The notes beneath the pieces are model-generated. The model worked only from the letters and a program-made list of their open reading frames with translations, did no database searches and was not told the DNA's origin. The position numbers and the translations under genes were made by a program. A DNA stretch of 64,000 nucleotides, from positions 64,520-128,519 of the forward strand of contig JBMORM010000025.1 in assembly GCA_049322675.1 (NCBI GenBank), in the 5' to 3' direction. The stretch's first letter is position 1, and each line of letters opens with the position of its first letter. The stretch comes from Patescibacteria group bacterium (GTDB lineage Bacteria > Patescibacteriota > JAHJAL01). Positions 45,341 through 51,837 of the stretch are shown in pieces.

Positions 45341-45423
45341 CGTAGGGGCGACCCTCGCGGTTGCCCTAATCGAGATTTAAGGTGGTTGTCTGATTTCCGT
45401 AGGGGCGGGTCGCGACCCGCCCC
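45341..45423. repeat. Two further GC-rich hairpins of the GTAGGGGCG family (CGTAGGGGCGACCCTCGCGGTTGCCCTA and GTAGGGGCGGGTCGCGACCCGCCCC)
   Basis: They share the CCGTAGGGGCG 5' arm with the hairpins at 24484 and 44947. They are GC islands in an AT-rich intergenic spacer. Confidence 0.5.
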
Positions 45424-45549
45424 ATATTGAAAAAATGACAAGAAAAAAAGGCAATCTGTATTGGGACAGACGGCCTTTTGATGGTAATTTGTGTGAGAAG
45501 TTTTAGGGAATATTTGGAGTCAGAGCGTGGTATTGGAAAAATTAAATGG

Positions 45550-46059
45550 TTATTGGAAAATAACCACACTCTGATATTCCGACCGTTCCGGCGGAGCGTT
45601 TTCTCGTTGTGACTTGTCTAAATACAAGTCAATAACACAACTCGAAAACTCCTTCGGAACTTTTATGATATTATGGCCGGAGGGGTCCAAATTTCCCTCT
45701 TGTATTATCTGCAAGCTACTAGCGCTAGTGCTAGAATTTTTTACAGAAACAGTAAAATAGGTCACATTGGAAGAAGGTGCGTCGAACGCGACGCAAAAAT
45801 ATGGATCCGGAGTGGGGATGCTGACAACGTCAGCTTCACTCCGAAATCCTATCCCTCCTCCTCCGCAACCTACTACAAATAGAACAACGGCAAGAGTTAT
45901 TCCCCCACAATAAAAAAAGAGTGAGGGAAAATTGAATTTGGACTTGGGATTTCTCAGAAATTTCACCTCCTTTCCGGGTGAAATTTTCTCACACAAATTG
46001 TTAAAGAAATATTTCTTTTTCTTTTTATTTATGTGATTGATGATAACAAAAATAACCAT
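45550..46059 (-). CDS. Lipoprotein (signal peptide plus VGCGGGG lipobox); start codon uncertain, possibly non-ATG internal to the ORF
   Basis: The signal and lipobox read FPSLFFYCGGITLAVVLFVVGCGGGG. An in-frame GGAGGTG lies just upstream of the hydrophobic region, which suggests an internal start. Confidence 0.5.
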   Translation of the reverse strand: MVIFVIINHINKKKKKYFFNNLCEKISPGKEVKFLRNPKSKFNFPSLFFYCGGITLAVVLFVVGCGGGGIGFRSEADVVSIPTPDPYFCVAFDAPSSNVTYFTVSVKNSSTSASSLQIIQEGNLDPSGHNIIKVPKEFSSCVIDLYLDKSQRENAPPERSEYQSVVIFQ

Positions 46060-46061
46060 AT

Positions 46062-46421
46062 ATGCAATGGTTATTTTTGTTTGGGGCGTTGCTAAAATTG
46101 CTGGTTTGTTTTATTTTATTAATATTATATTTGTTTATTAATAGTAGAAAAATTATGTTGGATAAAAGACGATTTGGTTTCAAGAGAAGGTTGATGGGAA
46201 AGAGTAACTCATCAATGGTTGAGTATTCGAGAGTAAAATTTAAAGAGGGAAGTTTGGATGGGGCAACGGAAGATTATAGCAGTGTTGGTTCTTCGGTTTT
46301 GACAAAAGAAAGTAAGGAAAAAATCGATAAAAAAAGAATTAGATTCAGTAGTAAAAATGATAAGCAGAATATTATTGAAGAGGTGTTAAAAAAGATCAGA
46401 GAAATAGAGAATATTGAATAA
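46062..46421 (+). CDS. Hypothetical small protein
   Basis: The ORF is 119 aa and Lys/Ser-rich with no recognisable domain. Confidence 0.3.
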   Translation: MQWLFLFGALLKLLVCFILLILYLFINSRKIMLDKRRFGFKRRLMGKSNSSMVEYSRVKFKEGSLDGATEDYSSVGSSVLTKESKEKIDKKRIRFSSKNDKQNIIEEVLKKIREIENIE

Positions 46422-46557
46422 TGGATAGTTTGTAAAAAGGTCGGGGTATTTATCCTGTCTTTTTTTGTTTTTTTATGTTTTATTTCGCGTGAAATGAGTT
46501 GACAATGTGAGAATATGATTATTATATTAAATCAAGTATATAAATTAATGTAAAATC

Positions 46558-47940
46558 ATGAAAAACAATTCCGAGAGTTCGTTTTCTGGTGAAAGACAAG
46601 GCGATGATATCGATAAAGGTTTAAATAGAAGGGAGTTTTTGAAAAGATTGGGTTGGTTTGGGTTGGGATTGGCGGCGAGCGGTTTGGGGTCAGGGTGTGA
46701 AAAACAAACAGCTGATGAGACGATAGAAGTAGGCGAATTGTATGATCGTATTAATAACAAGGAAAAACCGGTTGCAATTTGCAGTGGGTTTGATTTGGTG
46801 AAAGCCAAGGGTTTGTCGTTGGAATTTGATTTAAATTTGGAAAAGTTTTCCGAGGAAAGATTGGAGTTAATTTTTCCTATTGCCGGTAGTCAGGATAATT
46901 ATTATCTATTGGATATTTCCCGGGGGATCGACGGTAAATGTCGTTTGACTGATGCTATGGTTTATGATGATCGAACATTGGTGGAAAATGATTATACTAA
47001 AAAGGTAAATCATGAAAAAGTGGTGACATTGAGGTTATTACTGGATCCGACTGACAATTATATTCACAATTACCATAAGGAAAATCCAGAACAAAAGTAT
47101 AAATTTATTTCTCGAATTAATCACAATAGTATTTGGCGGGAGGAGAAGAAAAAGATTTACAATGTCGCGCAATTTCCTTTGGTTTATCGGGAAAAAATGA
47201 GCGATGATTTATTGATCGGTGTTGACAATGCCGCAAATCGTATAACTTTGTCCAATCAAGAGTTTGATAAGTTGATAAAAGATATTTATAGGGCAGCGCG
47301 ACAAACGAATATAATGTGTAATACGTGGAATAAAGATCTTGGTTTGGCCGTCAATCAGATTATATTTTATGAGCCAACTGATGAAATTAAAGGTAAAAAT
47401 AAGGTGTTGTCTGTGTTGCCGGCGACTTTGTATTGTTACAATCAAACAGCAAATCGCAAATTTGTGTTTTTAAAAAATAATATTATCTTGAGCAATAAAT
47501 TGTTGAATAATCCTTCTGATGCGAAAAAGGCGGTTTTATATGAGTTGGTTAAACAATCTTCTCGATATCTTTTTGGAAATAATGAGACCAGTTTAGAAAC
47601 GCAATATTTTCGCTTCCGAGAAATTAACGGACAGGTTGTTTTTGATTATCGTAATGACAATTTGTTTGGGACGGTTATAAATACGGTGGACGAGGATCGG
47701 GAGATAGATGTTATGAAAACCGGTTCAGTGATAAATGATTCAGTAGATATGTATGCTTCTGTAGTGGCTTCGATGGGTTATGATTTTGATCGGGTAGTGG
47801 ATAAAATTGAAAGAATGTCAAAAGAAGAAGATAAAAAAACAATGAAGGGAATAATTCATTCTTTGATAAACATACTTGGTGATTCTGGGGAAGTGATAAT
47901 GGGCGAAAATTATGCCAAGATAAAAAAATACTTGCAGTAG
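46558..47940 (+). CDS. Hypothetical lipoprotein with twin-arginine (Tat) signal peptide
   Basis: The Tat motif is NRREFLKRLGWFGLGLAASGLGSGC (RRxFLK). It is followed by a lipobox Cys. Confidence 0.55.
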   Translation: MKNNSESSFSGERQGDDIDKGLNRREFLKRLGWFGLGLAASGLGSGCEKQTADETIEVGELYDRINNKEKPVAICSGFDLVKAKGLSLEFDLNLEKFSEERLELIFPIAGSQDNYYLLDISRGIDGKCRLTDAMVYDDRTLVENDYTKKVNHEKVVTLRLLLDPTDNYIHNYHKENPEQKYKFISRINHNSIWREEKKKIYNVAQFPLVYREKMSDDLLIGVDNAANRITLSNQEFDKLIKDIYRAARQTNIMCNTWNKDLGLAVNQIIFYEPTDEIKGKNKVLSVLPATLYCYNQTANRKFVFLKNNIILSNKLLNNPSDAKKAVLYELVKQSSRYLFGNNETSLETQYFRFREINGQVVFDYRNDNLFGTVINTVDEDREIDVMKTGSVINDSVDMYASVVASMGYDFDRVVDKIERMSKEEDKKTMKGIIHSLINILGDSGEVIMGENYAKIKKYLQ

Positions 47941-48057
47941 AGATCTGTCAGGTAACTAGTATAATCGCATATTTTATCAAGGTATTATTTGGACGATTGA
48001 TTTGATAGAATAAAGTTACAGGTTTGGAAAAAAATTTATTTATGTATAGATATTTTT

Positions 48058-49194
48058 ATGATTAAAAAAACTTTTGCTTGTTTATTGTTGATTTGTTGCA
48101 TGATGTTTCCCGCTTCGACTATGGCAGCGGTGGATTTTCGTTCTGGGGAGGAAATTGATTTGTCCACCCAGGTTTTTGCCGATGATGTGATGGTGGCTGG
48201 GGCGATGTTGAGTGGAGCGCCAGAGATCAAGGGAGATTCTTTTATAGTTGGTAGTAGTATCGATTTGAAAGGCAGATATGGGGATGATCTCAATGTGGCC
48301 GGTAGCCAGGTTGACGTGTCTGGGGAAATTGCTGATGATTTGCGTATGGCTGGTGGAAATGTGTCAGTCGATGCGCGGATTGGCGGCAATGTTTTTATTG
48401 CTGGTGGACAAGTAGATATCAATGAGTATTCGGTTATTGCCGGTGATGTTTATGTTGCAGGAGGGATGGTAACGATTGGTGGCGAGATAAAGGGCAAGTT
48501 GCATGTTTCCGGCGGCAAGGTTATTTTAAATGGTATTGTTGATGGAAATACTGTTATAGAAGCGGAAGATTTTTCGATGGGAGAGGATGCCAAAGTTTTG
48601 GGTGATCTGAAATATGTAGCAAAGGAAAGATTGGTTGATAATGGAGAGGAAAATGTATCGGGAAAAGTTGAATTTACCAAATTTGAAGACATGACGGTGC
48701 CAGCGGTTGATATTGGAAAGGCGGCTTGGGTTGGACAAGTTTCTGGTTGGTTGGTTGGAGTGGTGATGATGTTTGTAGTGGGTTTACTGTTTGTTTTGTT
48801 GTTCAAAAAGTTTTCTGACAGTATTTGTCAAAATTACGTCAAAAAGATGGGATGGAGTTTGTTAATCGGATTGTTGATGTGGATCGTGATTCCTGTTTTG
48901 TCGATAATTGTTATGATTACAGTAGTCGGTATTCCGTTGGGAATTATGATGTTGTTGGCGTATGGTATTGTCTGGTATCTTGCCAAGGTAATGGCGGGAT
49001 TGGCGGTGGGCTCTTTGATATTGTCTAGAAAAAATGATAGAGCGGGGGGCATGGTGTTGTCTTTAGCGATAGGTTTGTTGGTAACCGAGTTGATTTCCGT
49101 GATTCCTTTTGTGGGTTGGTTGTTTGATTTGGTTCTAATGCTGGCTGGAATGGGAGCGATTGGAATGTTGTTTGGAAAGAAAGTTGAAAGTTAG
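48058..49194 (+). CDS. Bactofilin-like beta-helix repeat protein with N-terminal signal peptide and C-terminal polytopic membrane domain
   Basis: Repeated V.G.V.V.G segments are present (VAGSQVDVSGEIADDLRMAGGNVSVDARIGGNVFIAGGQVDI...). The signal peptide is MIKKTFACLLLICCMMFPASTMA. About four C-terminal TM helices follow. Confidence 0.5.
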   Translation: MIKKTFACLLLICCMMFPASTMAAVDFRSGEEIDLSTQVFADDVMVAGAMLSGAPEIKGDSFIVGSSIDLKGRYGDDLNVAGSQVDVSGEIADDLRMAGGNVSVDARIGGNVFIAGGQVDINEYSVIAGDVYVAGGMVTIGGEIKGKLHVSGGKVILNGIVDGNTVIEAEDFSMGEDAKVLGDLKYVAKERLVDNGEENVSGKVEFTKFEDMTVPAVDIGKAAWVGQVSGWLVGVVMMFVVGLLFVLLFKKFSDSICQNYVKKMGWSLLIGLLMWIVIPVLSIIVMITVVGIPLGIMMLLAYGIVWYLAKVMAGLAVGSLILSRKNDRAGGMVLSLAIGLLVTELISVIPFVGWLFDLVLMLAGMGAIGMLFGKKVES

Positions 49195-49250
49195 AAAGTT
49201 GTAAGATCATAAAGTGATAGTTAAAAATTAAAAATGTTTGGAGGTGGACA

Positions 49251-49568
49251 ATGGTAAAGGTTTTAGAATTGGAGACAGTAGATGATTTTTCCAAAAATAT
49301 TGCGGGGACTTTGACGATAGTTGATTTTTTTGCGGTCTGGTGTGGTCCTTGTCAAATGATGAAACCGATTTTTGAAAAAGTGGCCGAAGAAATGGAAGGT
49401 ATAAATTTTATATCGGTTGATGTTGATAAATTTTCTGAGTTGGCGGCCAAATATGATGTTATGAGTATTCCAACTTTTGTTATTTTCAAGGATGGACAAG
49501 CGATTACGGTAAAAAATGGCGCCATGAGCGAGTCGGATTTTAGAAATTGGATAGAGAAGAACAAATAA
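49251..49568 (+). CDS. trxA: Thioredoxin
   Basis: The active site is WCGPC. The length is 105 aa. Confidence 0.9.
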   Translation: MVKVLELETVDDFSKNIAGTLTIVDFFAVWCGPCQMMKPIFEKVAEEMEGINFISVDVDKFSELAAKYDVMSIPTFVIFKDGQAITVKNGAMSESDFRNWIEKNK

Positions 49569-49574
49569 AAAAAC

Positions 49575-49720
49575 AGTTTCCAATTTTCAATTCTCTATTT
49601 TTCCCTCACGGGATCGAACTGCTGCTGACAAACATGTTTTGTTGAAATATACGGAGATAATTTATAATATTTGGAAATTTATTGGAAATTGATCATTGGA
49701 AATTGAAAATTTTTATGAAA
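49575..49720. repeat. Heptamer-based palindromic intergenic element carrying the ttttccctcacggga...ctgctgctg motif
   Basis: The left arm reads tttccaattttcaattctctatttttccctcacgggatcgaactgctgctgacaaacatgttttgttgaaatatacgg. The right arm is ttggaaatttattggaaattgatcattggaaattgaaaatt. It lies between trxA and tpiA. Confidence 0.75.
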
Positions 49721-50461
49721 AATTATTTATTTGTTGCCAATTGGAAAATGAATACCACGGTTGCTGAAGCTGAAGAGTTGATAGATGGTGTGGTTGATGG
49801 TTGGGAAAAAGAAGAAGATGTTGTTGTACTGTGTCCACCTGCTTGTTTTTTGGAACAGTGCAGCTTGGTTTTAGATTCCAAGAAGGTTAAAAATATATTT
49901 TTGGGTGCGCAAAATGTTTCTTGGGAACAAAAAGGAGCGATTACTGGCGATATTTCCGTGACAATGGTTAAGGATTGGGTGGATTATGCGATTGTTGGTC
50001 ATTCGGAAAGGCGTCAGTATTTTTCGGAGACTGCTGTTTTGATCAATAAAAAGATAAAATTATGTTTTGAGTGCGATATTAATCCGGTCTTGTGCGTGGG
50101 TGAAAAGAGATTGTTGTCAGATGATATTACTGAGATTGGTCGGGATTTGTCGGAATGTTTGGCGGGTCTATCTATAGGCGAAGCAAAGAAAATATCTATT
50201 GCTTATGAGCCGGTGTGGGCGATTGGAACAGGCGAACCGGCCAATCCAAATTATGTCAATCGCGTTATTCGTGATTTGCGAGCTTGGGTCAAAGATGAAT
50301 TTGGGTTTGAAGTGGCAGAATCTATTAAATTTTTGTATGGCGGTAGCGTGGATGAAAAAAACTCGGTTGATTATTTGAAGCAAGAACATGTTGATGGTTT
50401 ATTGATTGGTGGAGCCAGTTTAAAGAAGGATAAGTTTTTAAAAATAGTAAATTTTTCTTAA
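49715..50461 (+). CDS. tpiA: Triosephosphate isomerase
   Basis: The N-terminus is MKNYLFVANWKMN. Further motifs are AYEPVWAIGTG and GGASLK. The ORF track start at 49682 reads through the heptamer repeat. Confidence 0.9.
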   Translation: MKNYLFVANWKMNTTVAEAEELIDGVVDGWEKEEDVVVLCPPACFLEQCSLVLDSKKVKNIFLGAQNVSWEQKGAITGDISVTMVKDWVDYAIVGHSERRQYFSETAVLINKKIKLCFECDINPVLCVGEKRLLSDDITEIGRDLSECLAGLSIGEAKKISIAYEPVWAIGTGEPANPNYVNRVIRDLRAWVKDEFGFEVAESIKFLYGGSVDEKNSVDYLKQEHVDGLLIGGASLKKDKFLKIVNFS

Positions 50462-50524
50462 AAAATAATTGCTTGCTGCTTGATATAATATTTGGTTTTT
50501 GTTAATATTTCAGATAGTTTGTTA

Positions 50525-50640
50525 AAATTTCCAATTTAAAAATTATCAATTTCCAGAGAATTTCCAATTTCTTGTTTCTAAAAGTTTTCTAATATTCCAA
50601 CGGAATATGTTTGAAAATTGAGAATTGAAAATTGGAAATT
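50525..50640. repeat. Heptamer-based palindromic intergenic element
   Basis: The left arm is tttccaatttaaaaattatcaatttccagagaatttccaatttcttgtttc. The right arm is tttgaaaattgagaattgaaaattggaaattg. It lies directly upstream of tRNA-Glu. Confidence 0.75.
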
Positions 50641-50654
50641 GCGTTTGTATCTAT

Positions 50655-50726
50655 GGCTCCATCGTCTAACGGTTAGGACGTCAGATTTTCAATCTGAAAA
50701 TCGGGGTTCGATTCCCCGTGGGGCTA
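50655..50726 (+). tRNA. tRNA-Glu, anticodon UUC
   Basis: The sequence is GGCUCCAUCGUCUAACGGUUAGGACGUCAGAUUUUCAAUCUGAAAAUCGGGGUUCGAUUCCCCGUGGGGCUA. The anticodon loop is UUUUCAA. The acceptor stem has two G-U pairs. Confidence 0.75.
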
Positions 50727-50841
50727 CTTTTTAAATACAATTTTTAATTTTTTAATTTTCAATTTCCAATTGACGGAAGTTGAATTTTTTTGAACCTTTA
50801 TACTTGATAAAATTACTGATTTATGTCATTGTATAAATTGA

Positions 50842-51225
50842 ATGCGGGAAATAATTATGACAAAGAAAATAATAATATCATTTATAAGTGTGTTTTTGAT
50901 GACCGGACTTTCAGGTTGCTGGTTATTGGATTTTAACGCGAGGATGGCGATGCGGGCTATTCCCGGTTTTGAGCACAATGACGAGGTTCTATTGAATGAA
51001 GCTCGTTCGTTTTTTTTCGAAAAAAAAGCCGCATATAGCGCGGCTGATTGGGTGCAAGGACCTTGTTTGGGCAAGATGAACGATGAATGGGTGGTGGATG
51101 TCGTTCATAATCCTAGATTGCCTTTAGATAACGATCAGGCCAATCAATGTCCTGATTATTACAATAAAATAGTAGCCCATTATATTTTGATTGATATGGA
51201 TGGGAAAGTGGTGGAGATGAAATAG
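50842..51225 (+). CDS. Small lipoprotein, hypothetical
   Basis: The signal peptide and lipobox read MTKKIIISFISVFLMTGLSGC. Confidence 0.5.
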   Translation: MREIIMTKKIIISFISVFLMTGLSGCWLLDFNARMAMRAIPGFEHNDEVLLNEARSFFFEKKAAYSAADWVQGPCLGKMNDEWVVDVVHNPRLPLDNDQANQCPDYYNKIVAHYILIDMDGKVVEMK

Positions 51226-51276
51226 GGGGCTTCATTTTTGTTGAAGATGGATTGAAAACATGAAAAGATAGGTTGA

Positions 51277-51753
51277 TCAATGCTTTTTTCGGTAGTGATA
51301 AAATATTTGCAAAGCAAAAAGATAACTAGATAGTCGGTTGAGAAATTTGAGGATTTCGGGCGGAGGGGTTTCCAGACGGTTGATAGAACGTTCGGCACGG
51401 CGGGCAATGGTACGGGTTATGTTGATAAATATTGGTATTTCGCTATCACCAGGTAGATAAAATTGTTTGGGGCAGGGAGTGTTTGATTCAATTTTTTTAA
51501 TTTGATTATCCAATTCGTTAGTGGAGATATATCGATTGTTGGTTGGAAAATTGGCTAAAATTGAAGCAAAACAGGACAACTGTTTTTGAATGAGAAAAAC
51601 AGTTTTTTTGTGTTCAAAGGAAATAAATCTGATAAGACCCAAATATCCTATCAATTCATCTAAATCTCCAAGGGCGTCTATTAGTTTGCTGTTTTTTGGT
51701 AAAATATTTCCTTGAAAATCTTTTGTGTAGCCATTGTCGCCGAAATGCTTCAT
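51277..51753 (-). CDS. PduO-type ATP:cob(I)alamin adenosyltransferase family protein
   Basis: The C-terminal half aligns with B. subtilis YvqK: FYLPGDSEIPIFINITRTIARRAERSI...ILKFLNRLSSYLFAL against FILPGGSEAAATIHIARTVVRRAERSI...VLKYVNRLSDYLFAI. Confidence 0.75.
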   Translation of the reverse strand: MKHFGDNGYTKDFQGNILPKNSKLIDALGDLDELIGYLGLIRFISFEHKKTVFLIQKQLSCFASILANFPTNNRYISTNELDNQIKKIESNTPCPKQFYLPGDSEIPIFINITRTIARRAERSINRLETPPPEILKFLNRLSSYLFALQIFYHYRKKH

Positions 51754-51837
51754 AGATTCTTAATAATTGTTCATGTCTTATTTTAAAATATTTTTTTGTG
51801 ATATGATAGGGTAGAAGGCTATTTTTAGGGGGTATAT

